The translations under genes and the position numbers were made by a program. DNA of 64,000 bases from Gemmatimonadales bacterium (GTDB lineage Bacteria; Gemmatimonadota; Gemmatimonadetes; Gemmatimonadales; GWC2-71-9). This document shows, piece after piece, positions 43,545 through 53,487 of the stretch (its first letter is position 1; each line of letters opens with the position of its first letter). The stretch is from the NCBI GenBank assembly GCA_039794085.1, contig JBDIWC010000018.1:1-64000 (forward strand), read 5' to 3'. The notes below the pieces were generated by a model that did not search any database, had not been told where the DNA came from, and worked only from the letters and a program-made list of their open reading frames with translations.

Positions 43545-45770
43545 TCAGGGTCCGAGGGGGTCGAGCGTCTCCAGAAAGTCGCGGCTCCAGTCGTCCACGT
43601 CGTACCCCGACACGATCTTGGCCAGCCGCCGCATCCGCTGCCGCCTCTCGGGTTCCGGCAACCCCAGGGCGTCATGTAGATCCTTGCCCATCCCGTTGAT
43701 GTCATACGGATTGGTCAGCAGGGCCCCGTGCAACTCCACCGCCGCACCCGCGAACTCGCTCAGGAGCAGGACGCCGGCCCCGTCCACCGTGGTCTGAGCC
43801 GTGATGAACTCCTTGGCCACCAGGTTGAGCCCGTCGCGCAGCGGTGTGATCCAGGCCACGTCCGCGGCCGCGCCGTACACGATCACGTCCTCGAAGGGCA
43901 ACGCCCGGAAGAGATAGTGGATGGGTGTCCAGGTCAGCGACCCGAACCGGCCGTTGATGCGGCCCACCGCTTCGTCCACCGCGGTGCGCACCTCCTCGTA
44001 CACTTCCATGCCCGGGGCGGGTGGGGTCGTCACGAACACCAGCGACACCCGGTCCCGGTGTTCGGGGTGCCGTTCGAGCAGACGCTCGAAGGCTTCGAGT
44101 TTCTGGAGCGGACCCTTCACGTAGTCGAGTCGCTCAACTGACAGGATCAGGCGCATGTCGCGGAACTGGGCGGTGATGTCGGCCAGGGCCTTCTGGTGGT
44201 CATCGCCCGCCAGGATCTCCCGGATGGCCGGCACGTTCACCCCGGCGGGATGGGCACCGAGCGTCACCACCCGGTCGCCCGCCCGCACTCGCACCGGCAT
44301 CTGCGGAACCGCGAGGGCGGTGCCCCGGATCCGGAACCGCGGGGCACACGGCATCGTCTCCAGCACGTCGACCGGGAGGTGGGATTGGAGTACGTCGAGA
44401 AAGTTCACGGCGTATCGAGGCACATGGAAGCCGATATGGTCACATTGCGCCAGCGATCCAATGATCTGGTCTGCCCAGGGGATGACGTTGAACACCCCCG
44501 CCGGGGGGAAGGAAGTGTGGTGGAAGAAGCCGATCCGGAGATCCGGGCGGATCTGCCGCAGGAAGGCCGGCACCATCCAGAGGTTGTAGTCGTGGATCCA
44601 GACCAGGGCCCCCTCGTCCGCCTCCCCCGCGGCGGCCTCGGCGAAGCGGCGATTCACCTGGCAGAAGTGCTCCCAGTCGTCCGCGTTGAGCTGCGCGCGG
44701 TCCACGAAGGAGAAGATGACGGGCCAGAACGCCTCCTTGGAGAAGCGCTTGTAGAACCGATCCACATCCTCCGGAGTGAGGGGGACCCGGGCAGCCACCA
44801 GATTGGGATACTGGCCTTCATCCACCAAGGCGTGGGTCACCTCGCGGGAATCCCCACGGGCATGTGTTGTCCACGCCACCCAGGAGCCGGGACGACCCGA
44901 CTGAAAGCAGCCGAGGAGGGTGGGAATGATTCCGTTGGGTGACTGAGGCCGCTGACGCCGCACCTCTCCGTCGACAACCCGTTCCTCGAAGGGAAGCCGG
45001 TGATAGACCACCACGAGCTGAGCGTCGCCCGCGGGGGTGAAGTCGTCACCGGGGGGCACCTCCCGTTCCGGATTGAGATCCAGCAGGGCTTCGAGAACGG
45101 CCCCGGCGCCCGGTGTGCCATGCTGCCGCACCCGGGTCATGGTGGAAGTGGCCTCGAAGAGTGCGGGCTCGGCATGGCCTACCACGACACCATGGAATCC
45201 TCTCCGGTACAGGGAGAGATCGTTGAGCGTGTCGCCCGCCACGAGCACCCGGTCCATCGGAATGCCGAGATGGTGCACGAGACGCTCCACCGTCTCCCCC
45301 TTGCTCACCCCCTCGGGCAGGACGTCGAGATACCGGCCCGCCGAGTGGAGGATGTCCACCGGAAGACCCTCGAGACGCTCCCGCACCGCGGCGATCACCT
45401 CCTCCGACTCCACGAAGAAGGAGACCCGGCGCTCCTGTGGCACCGCCTGACGGGTCAGGCCGGGAAGAGCCCCGATCGCATCCAGCACGGCGTCCACCCC
45501 GACCCACCGCTGGTCGATCTCCAGTTGGAGCGGCATGACAGGACGGAGACCCTCGGTGGCCACGATCGTGGCTCCGACATCGGCAATGATGTACTCCGGG
45601 TCGGGGATCAGCGGGTCGGCGAGGAGCGGCAGGACGCTCTCGATTCCTCGCCCGGTGACGAAGACGAGACGCGGAGCGTCGGGGGAGCGGAGGAACCGGT
45701 AGAGGGCGAGGCGATCGGCTTGGCGACCCCCGAGAAAGGTGCCGTCGAGGTCGGTGGCCAGCAGCTGAAT
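43545..45770 (-). CDS. ggpS: Glucosylglycerol-phosphate synthase with fused N-terminal HAD phosphatase; probable ATT start
   Basis: ATDLDGT HAD motif in frame upstream of the listed ORF; GDTLND; GT20 motifs WIHDYNLW, ERLDYVKG, DGLNLVAKE. Confidence 0.88.
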   Translation of the reverse strand: MQLLATDLDGTFLGGRQADRLALYRFLRSPDAPRLVFVTGRGIESVLPLLADPLIPDPEYIIADVGATIVATEGLRPVMPLQLEIDQRWVGVDAVLDAIGALPGLTRQAVPQERRVSFFVESEEVIAAVRERLEGLPVDILHSAGRYLDVLPEGVSKGETVERLVHHLGIPMDRVLVAGDTLNDLSLYRRGFHGVVVGHAEPALFEATSTMTRVRQHGTPGAGAVLEALLDLNPEREVPPGDDFTPAGDAQLVVVYHRLPFEERVVDGEVRRQRPQSPNGIIPTLLGCFQSGRPGSWVAWTTHARGDSREVTHALVDEGQYPNLVAARVPLTPEDVDRFYKRFSKEAFWPVIFSFVDRAQLNADDWEHFCQVNRRFAEAAAGEADEGALVWIHDYNLWMVPAFLRQIRPDLRIGFFHHTSFPPAGVFNVIPWADQIIGSLAQCDHIGFHVPRYAVNFLDVLQSHLPVDVLETMPCAPRFRIRGTALAVPQMPVRVRAGDRVVTLGAHPAGVNVPAIREILAGDDHQKALADITAQFRDMRLILSVERLDYVKGPLQKLEAFERLLERHPEHRDRVSLVFVTTPPAPGMEVYEEVRTAVDEAVGRINGRFGSLTWTPIHYLFRALPFEDVIVYGAAADVAWITPLRDGLNLVAKEFITAQTTVDGAGVLLLSEFAGAAVELHGALLTNPYDINGMGKDLHDALGLPEPERRQRMRRLAKIVSGYDVDDWSRDFLETLDPLGP

Positions 45771-45927
45771 GGTGACTACTCCGTCGAGGGATCAGAGGCA
45801 GGGCGAACCTTGGGAACCTACTCCGATCGACTCTTGAAGCAACCCAAGCGCCTTGGAGCCACCATCGGCATACGGGAGTTATCCGGGGAATCGGTAGGTG
45901 GGAAAGAATTGAATTGAACAGAGATTG

Positions 45928-46055
45928 AACCACGAAAAGCACGAAAAAGCACGAAATAGCATGCAGGACTGTCGCGAAGCCTCAGGGAGCAAGGGGGGTT
46001 CGTGTTTGAACTGCGGGTGTGCTCCCTTTCGTGTCATTTCGTGTATTTCGTGGTT
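45928..46055. repeat. Inverted 9-10-mer triplet pair AACCACGAAA.. / ..TTTCGTGGTT
   Basis: Directly visible; sister pair at 62634-63118. Confidence 0.88.
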
Positions 46056-46072
46056 GAAGTCTGGGAGGGGGC

Positions 46073-46618
46073 TCACCCGTGACTTACCAGTAGTAGCCAG
46101 AACTGATCCCAGGCCTCCTGGACCCGATTCTCACTGACCCCGCCGATGCGCTGCATCTGCAGGCCACTGATCGCCGCCTCCAGCAACACCGGCGGGATGG
46201 CCCGGTGGGGGAGGTCCAGGGCGTGGGCCGCGGCATGGGCCAGAGCCACCCGGTCGCCCGGTGATGAGGCCGCCGCGTCCCGGATCTCCCGATCGGTGCT
46301 GGTCGTCAGGGCAAAAAGTGCCGGTGCCTCGGAGCGCTGGACTTCTCCCTCGATCACTTCGCGGAGCGTATCGAGCGCAGCGGTCCCCTTCAGGCTCAGC
46401 GCCTCCAGCCTCCGCCGGTTCACCTCGGTCCGGAGCCGAGAGGCCACCTCTCCCAGGAGGTTCCGCCTGGTATGGAAGTAGTAGATGACGAGTCCCTTGG
46501 CGACACCAGCTCGGGCAGCGACCTGCGAAATTGACCAATCGGTCAAATTGGATTCCAGGATCAGTGAAATCGCCGAGTCGAGAATGGCAATTCTCCTTTC
46601 CATTGGTACGACTTCCAT
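46073..46618 (-). CDS. TetR/AcrR-family transcriptional regulator (alternative ATG at 46603)
   Basis: RIAILDSA..SISQVAARAGVAKGLVIYYFHTRRNLL HTH. Confidence 0.88.
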   Translation of the reverse strand: MEVVPMERRIAILDSAISLILESNLTDWSISQVAARAGVAKGLVIYYFHTRRNLLGEVASRLRTEVNRRRLEALSLKGTAALDTLREVIEGEVQRSEAPALFALTTSTDREIRDAAASSPGDRVALAHAAAHALDLPHRAIPPVLLEAAISGLQMQRIGGVSENRVQEAWDQFWLLLVSHG

Positions 46619-46649
46619 CCGATTCTCTCTTTCAGGGGTGCTTTTCAGC

Positions 46650-46665
46650 CTGACCGTACGGTCAG
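46650..46665. promoter_or_regulatory. Perfect 16-bp palindrome CTGACCGTACGGTCAG, probable TetR operator
   Basis: ~30 bp upstream of tetR; a second TGACC-N4-GGTCA at 46531-46546. Confidence 0.7.
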
Positions 46666-46750
46666 ACAAAGATCGCCAGAAGACCCATCGATCGGCAAGC
46701 TGATTGGATGATTGGATGATTCGACACTGCCCCGATGTCGGGCGTTGGGC

Positions 46751-46829
46751 CCCAATACCCAATACCCAACACCCAATACCCAATACCCAACAATACCCAA
46801 CACCCAAAACCCAACTAAACCCAATACCC
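46751..46829. repeat. (CCCAATA)n heptamer array
   Basis: About 11 degenerate units. Confidence 0.92.
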
Positions 46830-46968
46830 GACCCGAGAGCGTCGTCGCAGGTGCCGAGCACGGGGTCTTGACAGAGGAACGTCACCATGTGAAACCTTAG
46901 GACGACCTGTGTCGTACCCTTGTGGGTGCAGCACCGACCCGAGACCCTTCTTCTCCGGAAGAGACCCA

Positions 46969-47400
46969 ATGGCGTCCGTATTCTCTCCGCTGGCCAAGAG
47001 TATTCTCGATGCGTTCAACGAGGGCGTGATCGTCTTCGATGCGCAGGGACAGGTCATCTATGTCAATGAGCCGGCCCGGGCCTCTCTCGGCGACACTCTG
47101 GACCTCACCCTCTCGGCCGATGAGCTCCAACCCCAGCTTGCGGAACTCGGGGGCCGGCTGCGACCCCTCCGGGTGGCCCAGCTCGAGCTCGGCGAAGCGA
47201 TGTTCCTTCCCCCGGCACAAGGGACCACCACCCTCGCCGCGCGCGAACGGGACGCCATCGTGAAAACCCTCGATGCACACGAATGGCGCCTGGCTGAAAC
47301 CGCCACGGCGCTCGGCATCAGCCGCACCACACTCTGGCGTCGGCTCAAGGCGTACGGCCTGCATCGGGACGGGCGCAGCAAGTGGGCCAACGCCTCCTGA
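46969..47400 (+). CDS. Small PAS-like plus Fis-type HTH protein
   Basis: ILDAFNEGVIVFDAQGQVIYVN; ETATALGISRTTLWRRLKAYGL. Confidence 0.85.
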   Translation: MASVFSPLAKSILDAFNEGVIVFDAQGQVIYVNEPARASLGDTLDLTLSADELQPQLAELGGRLRPLRVAQLELGEAMFLPPAQGTTTLAARERDAIVKTLDAHEWRLAETATALGISRTTLWRRLKAYGLHRDGRSKWANAS

Positions 47401-49658
47401 AGGTTCCCGCCTCCACAATCCGCTGTTCCCGCACGTCTCTCCTCACCAGTGTCAGAGCGGGGATACTTTCTGTCCTGACGGTGACCTCCCCGGTGCTCCA
47501 AGCCCAGGATGCTCCCGACCGGCCGCCCCTCGACACCGTGATCTACGCGACCGAGGAGACCCGGGCCCTCGTGGCCCGGGCGATGTCCCGTCACGCCGCT
47601 GCCGATTCCCTGGTCGCCGATTATCAGGCCCGACTGCGGTATCGGGCCTCCTTCGCCTTTGGACGCAGGCGCTGGGCCGACCCCGCCAGTGCGGCAGTGG
47701 AGGAACAGATCGGCACCGTTTCCTGGTCCCGCCCCAACGATCTGCGGGTGGACATTGCGGGGCGGCGGGAGGAGTCGAAACTGCCGGGGATCAGCCTCAA
47801 CTCGACCTTCGACGAACCGTGGTTTGTTCCCCGCCAACTGGGGGACTCGGTGCGGCTCCTCTCCAGCGAGGTGCCCGAGCGGGCCGCACTCCACCCTCTT
47901 GCCTCGGACGGTCCGCAGTTCTACCACTACGAGGCGGTGGCGGATCAGGTCACCCTCACCCGGGCCGACGGACGGGCGGTGACGATCCAATCCGTCCGCG
48001 TCACCCCTCGTCGCGATGCCGCGTCGGTGGTGGTGGGCCGGCTCTGGGTCGACCGGGAGACGGGCGAGGTGGTCCGCTTCACCTTCCGGTTTGTCGGAAC
48101 CAGTCCGTGGGACGCCCCCCGCCGGGCCACCGCGCGGGATTCCGCCCGGGCTCGGCGCAACAGCCAGCGGATCGGGCGGATTCTGACCCTCGACGTGGAC
48201 CTGGAGTATGCCCTGCAGGACGGAGGGTACTGGATGCCGTACCGGCAGATCCTCGCGGGGACGGTTCAGGTGCCGGTGGTGGCGGACATCGTGGTGCCCT
48301 TCGAGGTGATCAGCACCTTCGACGAGTATCGGATCAACCAGGGCCGGGCGGTCACCTTTCTTCTCCCGGTGACGGAACGGGACACCAGCCGGGCGGGACG
48401 TGCCGCCCTCCGGGATTCGCTCCGCCGGATCCGCCGAGGCCAGCTCGAGCCGCCCGACAGCATCCGGTGGTGGAGCCGGGCGGGACGGTTGGCCGGGGGA
48501 GGGCGCTACGAAATCCACCGGGCCCCGGACGATTCCCTGCGCCAGTTCAACGCCTGGGAGGACCAGCTCGACTTTGCTCCCCGGGTGGCCGACGACGCGC
48601 GGCTCCGGGAGCTGCGGGCCGAGCTGGCGGTGCGGGCGGATGAGCTTCCGGGGAGCCTCACCGGACGGCGCTCCCACGGCTTTGGCTATGAGCGGCTCGG
48701 CGGCGCCGTCCGCTTCAACCGGGTGCAAGGGTCTGCGATCGGGCTGGGGTACCGGGTTCGGGTGCCGGGGGTGCCCTTCACCACCGCCTACGGCATGGTG
48801 CGCTACGGGACCAGCGATGAGCGGGTCGTGGGCCGGCTCACCGCCGTGCGGGATGCCCCCGATGGACTCCTCCGCGTGGCCCTCTACCGGGACCTCATCG
48901 ATCTCGATCCGTTCTCCCGCGGTCTCACCCTGGCCAACTCGGTCCGGGCCCTCATCTCGGGCCGCGACGAGGCCGACTACGCCCTCGCCACCGGCGGGTC
49001 GATCGGATATACCCGCACCATCGGACGGGGGCTGGAACTCACCACGACGGCTCGGCTCGAGCGCCAGCGGAGCGTGGCCGGCGGGGCGGTATCCCGGCTC
49101 AACGACCTGTTCGGAGGGAGCGGGCGCTTCCGCGAGAATCCTCCGATCCGGAACGGAACCTTCGTCGGGGGACTCGTCTCGCTCGATCAGAGCACCTTTT
49201 CCAGCGGGTGGCAGCTCAACGCCGATGTACTGGCGGGGGACGGCACTGCCACGGCTCGGGTCTTCGGGACCAGCCGGTTTGCGTTCGGTGTGGACGACGG
49301 GGTCACGGTGCGGGCCCATGGAGGCGTGGCCACCCGGCCTCTCCTCCCCCAGATGGAGTTTCGGGCCGGAGGGATCGGGAGCGTGCGGGGATTCAACCAC
49401 GGGACCCAGAGGGGCCAGGCCTTCTGGGCGCTCCAGGCCGACTGGGCCCTCATCCCGGCCGCCGTCCGTCCCGTGCTCTTTCTCGATGCCGGCCAGGCGG
49501 GCACTCTCCGGGATCTGGATCAACAGAAGGTGCTGGTCGGCGGAGGGGCCGGTCTCTCCATCCTGCGAGGTCTGCTCCGGTTCGATCTGAGCCATCCGAT
49601 CACCCCCGACCGGGGCGAGGGTCTCCGCCTCGATGTCCTGATCGGGGTCCTTCGCTGA
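47382..49658 (+). CDS. Putative outer-membrane beta-barrel protein (start uncertain)
   Basis: Signal-like VLQA/QD; RFNRVQG, SVRGF, FLDAG, LRFDL motifs resembling Omp85-like barrels. Confidence 0.7.
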   Translation: MGQRLLKVPASTIRCSRTSLLTSVRAGILSVLTVTSPVLQAQDAPDRPPLDTVIYATEETRALVARAMSRHAAADSLVADYQARLRYRASFAFGRRRWADPASAAVEEQIGTVSWSRPNDLRVDIAGRREESKLPGISLNSTFDEPWFVPRQLGDSVRLLSSEVPERAALHPLASDGPQFYHYEAVADQVTLTRADGRAVTIQSVRVTPRRDAASVVVGRLWVDRETGEVVRFTFRFVGTSPWDAPRRATARDSARARRNSQRIGRILTLDVDLEYALQDGGYWMPYRQILAGTVQVPVVADIVVPFEVISTFDEYRINQGRAVTFLLPVTERDTSRAGRAALRDSLRRIRRGQLEPPDSIRWWSRAGRLAGGGRYEIHRAPDDSLRQFNAWEDQLDFAPRVADDARLRELRAELAVRADELPGSLTGRRSHGFGYERLGGAVRFNRVQGSAIGLGYRVRVPGVPFTTAYGMVRYGTSDERVVGRLTAVRDAPDGLLRVALYRDLIDLDPFSRGLTLANSVRALISGRDEADYALATGGSIGYTRTIGRGLELTTTARLERQRSVAGGAVSRLNDLFGGSGRFRENPPIRNGTFVGGLVSLDQSTFSSGWQLNADVLAGDGTATARVFGTSRFAFGVDDGVTVRAHGGVATRPLLPQMEFRAGGIGSVRGFNHGTQRGQAFWALQADWALIPAAVRPVLFLDAGQAGTLRDLDQQKVLVGGGAGLSILRGLLRFDLSHPITPDRGEGLRLDVLIGVLR

Positions 49659-49919
49659 GGCGGGTTCCGCGACCGTCCCTTTTGCCGTACACGTACTCGT
49701 ACACGTACTCGTACACGAGTGGGCCGTGCTCTGCCGCAATCGTCACGGGGCCGGGATCCAGGATGGGCTCACGCGCCCCTTCGCGGCTTCGCGCCTTCGC
49801 GTGAGCAGCTGTTCTCTCGCGGGCCCCGGGGTGGGCTGTTCGTGGTGTGCCAACGACCCACACTTTTCCCCGAAGAGAAGAGATCCGAATTCACTCTGCG
49901 TTATCGGTGTCATCAGCGG

Positions 49920-50007
49920 CTCTTGTGCCTTTTGTGCTTCTTGTGGTTGGCTTTCGGGGTGAGGGGAGGCGCTCCGGTTGGGCATGAACCGATGCGAAGG
50001 CCTGAAG
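49920..50007. repeat. 85-bp dispersed repeat, inverted copy
   Basis: Reverse complement aligns with 32516-32600. Confidence 0.85.
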
Positions 50008-50068
50008 TGCGCCGTGATGTTGTCCCCGGACACTTGGACCCGGGGTCCCTCCCCTCTACCTTCCCACC

Positions 50069-50590
50069 ATGCGCTCGGTGGCCCTTCTTCTGCTCCACGT
50101 GCTGGCGGTGGCGGCCTGCACCGGGTCCCCTCCGGACCGGGAGGGAGGCTCGGAGGGATCGGGACGGTTTCAGGTGACCTGGGACGGCTGGGCCAAGGGC
50201 CGCATACGGGTGGACCTGACGGGGAGCGTGTGTACCGATGACCGGCTGGTGGAAATGCTGGCGTACAAGGGTGATGCCGGGGCCGGGGTCTCGCTCTACT
50301 TCCTGGATGAGGTGATCCCGGCCCGGTATCCGATCTTCGATCCGCTCCTCCTCGACCCTCCGCGACCGGGATCGGCGATGGCACTTCGCTGGTTTGCCGA
50401 AACGACCCTGGTCGGGCTGGAAGGATTTGAAGGATGGGTGGACGTGGAATCGGTGGCGGGAGACACGATCTCGGGCCGGTTCGAGGTTCAGCTCCGGAAC
50501 CTGGAACACACCGACACCGTGCGGGCGACGGGAACCTTTCGAAACGTACCCTTGGCCGTGGAGTCGACGTGTCACGTGCGACGCAACTGA
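50069..50590 (+). CDS. Hypothetical lipoprotein
   Basis: Lipobox VAAC; 10 bp upstream of ispH. Confidence 0.75.
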   Translation: MRSVALLLLHVLAVAACTGSPPDREGGSEGSGRFQVTWDGWAKGRIRVDLTGSVCTDDRLVEMLAYKGDAGAGVSLYFLDEVIPARYPIFDPLLLDPPRPGSAMALRWFAETTLVGLEGFEGWVDVESVAGDTISGRFEVQLRNLEHTDTVRATGTFRNVPLAVESTCHVRRN

Positions 50591-50600
50591 GGATTCGGCG

Positions 50601-51824
50601 ATGACCAGCTCCACCTACTTCCGCAAGGGCTTCGGCCTCAAGAGCGCCATCGAAGGCCAGCGCAGCGCTGACTATCACAGTGCGGTGGTCGAGGCGATCC
50701 GGGCGGGGGGGTACCGCCTCACGGTGGGACACCTCACCTTCCATCTTGCCCGGGAGTTCGGGTTCTGCTACGGGGTGGACCGGGCGGTGGACTACGCCTA
50801 CGAGGCCCGGGCCCGCTTCCCCGACAAGCGGCTCTTTCTGGTCGGCGAGATCATCCACAACCCCCATGTGAACCGCAAGATGGAGGAGATGGGGATCGCC
50901 TTCCTGGCCCGCGGGGAGGAGGGCAGTTTCGATTTCAGCGAGGTCACCGCCGACGACGTGGTGATCCTCCCCGCCTTCGGGGTCACGATCCAGGACTTCA
51001 ATCTTCTCCGGTCGGTGGGGTGTGTTCTGGTCGACACCACCTGCGGCTCGGTGCTCAACGTGTGGAAGCGGGTCGAGCGCTACGCGCGGGATGGCTACAC
51101 CTCGATCATCCACGGCAAGTGGTATCACGAGGAGACCCGCGCCACCGCCAGCCAGGTGTCGAAATATCCCGAAGGGCACTACCTCGTGGTGCGCAACATG
51201 GAGGAAACCCGGCTGGTGTGCGACTACATCGAGCACGGAGGAGATGCCCCAGCCCTGGCCTCTCGATTCGTGAACGCCACCTCACCCGGCTTCGACTTCA
51301 CCCGGCACCTCGAGCGGGTCGGGCTGGCCAATCAGACCACGATGCTTTCGGGGGAGTCCCTCGCCATCGCCGAGGAGGTGCGGCTCGCGATGATCCGCCG
51401 GTACGGCGCCGACCAGGAGGGGGATCGGGTGCGGACCTTCGACACGATCTGTTCCGCCACCCAGGAGCGACAGGACGCGGTGGAGCAGCTCCTCCGGGAA
51501 TCACCCCCGGATCTCATGTTCGTGGTGGGTGGCTACAACTCCAGCAACACCTGTCACCTCGCGGCCCTCTCGCAGAAGCTTGGCATCCGCACCTTCCATC
51601 TGGAGGACGCCGCCTGCGTGGACCTCACCACCGGTGCCATTCGCCATCAGCCGGTGGGCGCCACCGCCGAGGAGGTCACCGCCGACTGGCTGGGTGAGGC
51701 CCGGGTGCTCGGCATCACAGCCGGGGCGTCCACCCCCAACAACAAGGTCGGGGAAACGGTGATACGGATCGCCGCGGTGGCGGGGCTGGACCTGGACTCT
51801 CTCATCTCCCTGGGGGAGGGCTGA
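50601..51824 (+). CDS. ispH: 4-hydroxy-3-methylbut-2-enyl diphosphate reductase
   Basis: FGFCYGVDRA, EIIHNP, DTTC, NQTTM, TICSATQERQ, SSNT, GITAGASTP. Confidence 0.95.
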   Translation: MTSSTYFRKGFGLKSAIEGQRSADYHSAVVEAIRAGGYRLTVGHLTFHLAREFGFCYGVDRAVDYAYEARARFPDKRLFLVGEIIHNPHVNRKMEEMGIAFLARGEEGSFDFSEVTADDVVILPAFGVTIQDFNLLRSVGCVLVDTTCGSVLNVWKRVERYARDGYTSIIHGKWYHEETRATASQVSKYPEGHYLVVRNMEETRLVCDYIEHGGDAPALASRFVNATSPGFDFTRHLERVGLANQTTMLSGESLAIAEEVRLAMIRRYGADQEGDRVRTFDTICSATQERQDAVEQLLRESPPDLMFVVGGYNSSNTCHLAALSQKLGIRTFHLEDAACVDLTTGAIRHQPVGATAEEVTADWLGEARVLGITAGASTPNNKVGETVIRIAAVAGLDLDSLISLGEG

Positions 51825-51840
51825 TCCGGCTCGACCCCAC

Positions 51841-51937
51841 GGAGCGAGGTTTGGATGCTCTCAGGGCGTCACCCCGGCGGACGCCGGGGTCCATTCGCTT
51901 CAATCCTCACCCGTGGAAAGGTGTCCCCGCGAAGCGG
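51841..51937. repeat. ~100-bp REP-containing unit (related copies at 52755-52850, 53549-53655, 58849-58903)
   Basis: GGATGCTCTC.GGGCGTCACCCCGGCGGACGCCGGGGTCCATTC.CTTCAATCCTCACCCG.GGAAAGGTGTCCCCGC. Confidence 0.88.
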
Positions 51938-51942
51938 GAAGC

Positions 51943-52036
51943 GACCTTCAGTATCGTGGCGAACTCCGGATTGCCATCCGGCGAGAGGGCCTTGGGGAGG
52001 CTCCCGTCCCAGTCCGCTCTTCCGGGCGATCTCCGT
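51943..52036 (-). pseudogene. Remnant of an HI1420-type addiction-module antidote gene
   Basis: TEIARKSGLGRE / (frameshift) LPKALSPDGNPEFATILKV; both ends missing. Confidence 0.78.
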
Positions 52037-52094
52037 GTCGATGATCCAGGTACACGAAGGGCTGGAGGAGGAAAACAGATTCCGGCGCACGCCG

Positions 52095-52664
52095 TCAGTC
52101 TGCCGGGCGCAGAATCGACGGGTCCCCGGGCCGCAACTCGGTACAGGCGTCGGACTCTACCGTCCACATCGCGTTGGACACGCGCCATCGTCCGTCGATC
52201 TTGACGAAGTCGAACACATCGACACCGCAATGGGTTGTCTCGCCGTCGACCCAGAACTCATACGGCGCCCACACCACGGCGATGCCACCACGGATCATCA
52301 CGGTCGGCGACCAGTACCGCTCCCGAAGGACGCGCCCATCGTCCCGGGAGGGATCTGTCCAAAAGGAGTTCGGGCGTGCCACGATCTCCATCCCGCCGCC
52401 TTCGGCCGGGCGCCAGATGCCGCTCTGGGAGTCCACCTCGAAAACCGGGCGCCACACGTAGGTCATTCCGTCCGGGGTCATCATCGCCGCCTGGGCTTCG
52501 CGATCGGACTCGGAGATCGCCGTGACGTAGCGGTCCAGTGCCTCGAGAACGGCCGCCTCCTCGCCCGGTTGGTGCCCTTCGGCGATGTGCGGCGTGGGGG
52601 GAGCGGAGGCTCCGCAGGCGGACAGGAAGGTCATCATTGCGATCAGGAACATGCTTCGCGTCAT
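52095..52664 (-). CDS. NTF2/SnoaL-like lipoprotein
   Basis: Lipobox LSAC; IAVVWAPYEFWVDG..HCGVDVFDFVKIDGRWRV; AGGAGG SD. Confidence 0.82.
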   Translation of the reverse strand: MTRSMFLIAMMTFLSACGASAPPTPHIAEGHQPGEEAAVLEALDRYVTAISESDREAQAAMMTPDGMTYVWRPVFEVDSQSGIWRPAEGGGMEIVARPNSFWTDPSRDDGRVLRERYWSPTVMIRGGIAVVWAPYEFWVDGETTHCGVDVFDFVKIDGRWRVSNAMWTVESDACTELRPGDPSILRPAD

Positions 52665-52869
52665 GTCATCCTCCTGGGTATCACAAGGGTGTCCTCGCTC
52701 GCCTGACGTCTCGCCATTCTGCTGCGCACACGTGTCGTGACCCACGATCTCCTTCAGGCGTCACCCCGGCGGACGCCGGGGTCCATCCCCGTCAATTTCA
52801 ATTTCAATTCAATCCTCGCCCCGGCGAGGTGTGGACCCCGGCCAAGTGGGAACCAGGGGCATTATCTCG

Positions 52870-53241
52870 CTAGCGAGCGTCACTCTCCCGTCTTGGAGAT
52901 AACGGATCCCGCGTCAGGACGAGAAGGGCGGATTCGGTGTTCGCTGCGAATGAAGACACTTCCTCCACTTTCGCGCGCAAGACAACCTCGACGTCAGCTG
53001 TCCGGCAATTCCCCAGGCGCACCCAGATCACTTTGGGTGGGGATCCGCGAAGGAAGCTGAACTGGCGAAAGTCATCATCCTTCGTGACGATCATGAATTC
53101 TCCCGTTCGGGCGTACTGCCACACGAGTTCGTCGTCACCCACGGCAAGTCCGAGATCGCGCACGTGCGCGGAGTCCGGATACAGGTCGCCCAGTCGACGG
53201 ACGAGCGTCGGCGAGAGATTTTGATCGAAGAGGAGCTTCAG
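52870..53241 (-). CDS. DUF5615 PIN-like toxin; CTG start
   Basis: (M)KLLFDQNLS..SAHVRDLGL..IVTKDDDF..PPKVIWVRLGN; in-frame stop 7 codons upstream. Confidence 0.85.
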   Translation of the reverse strand: MKLLFDQNLSPTLVRRLGDLYPDSAHVRDLGLAVGDDELVWQYARTGEFMIVTKDDDFRQFSFLRGSPPKVIWVRLGNCRTADVEVVLRAKVEEVSSFAANTESALLVLTRDPLSPRRESDAR

Positions 53242-53262
53242 GTTGGGCCGCCTTGAGCCTCG

Positions 53263-53487
53263 TTACGCCGCCGGACCCACGAGTCGTCGCTCACGGTCCG
53301 CAGCAAAGGCAAGCGCCGCGTGTATGTCCTCGCGCTCCAGATCCGGGAAGTCGGCCAGGATCTCGTCCGTGCTCATGCCTCCGGCCAGGTAGTCGAGAAT
53401 GTCATACACCGTGATACGCAGGCCACGGATGCAAGGCTTGCCGCTGCGCTTGCCAGGTTCGATGGTGATCCGGTCGCGGTAGTCCAT
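53263..53487 (-). CDS. DUF433 antitoxin
   Basis: ITIEPGKRSGKPCIRGLRITVYDILDYLAGG..EILADFPDL. Confidence 0.92.
   Translation of the reverse strand: MDYRDRITIEPGKRSGKPCIRGLRITVYDILDYLAGGMSTDEILADFPDLEREDIHAALAFAADRERRLVGPAA

Noticed and set aside
46868..46897. TTGACA promoter for the PAS-Fis gene
   Set aside because: Perfect -35 but only a weak -10 (AAACCT); not enough to call
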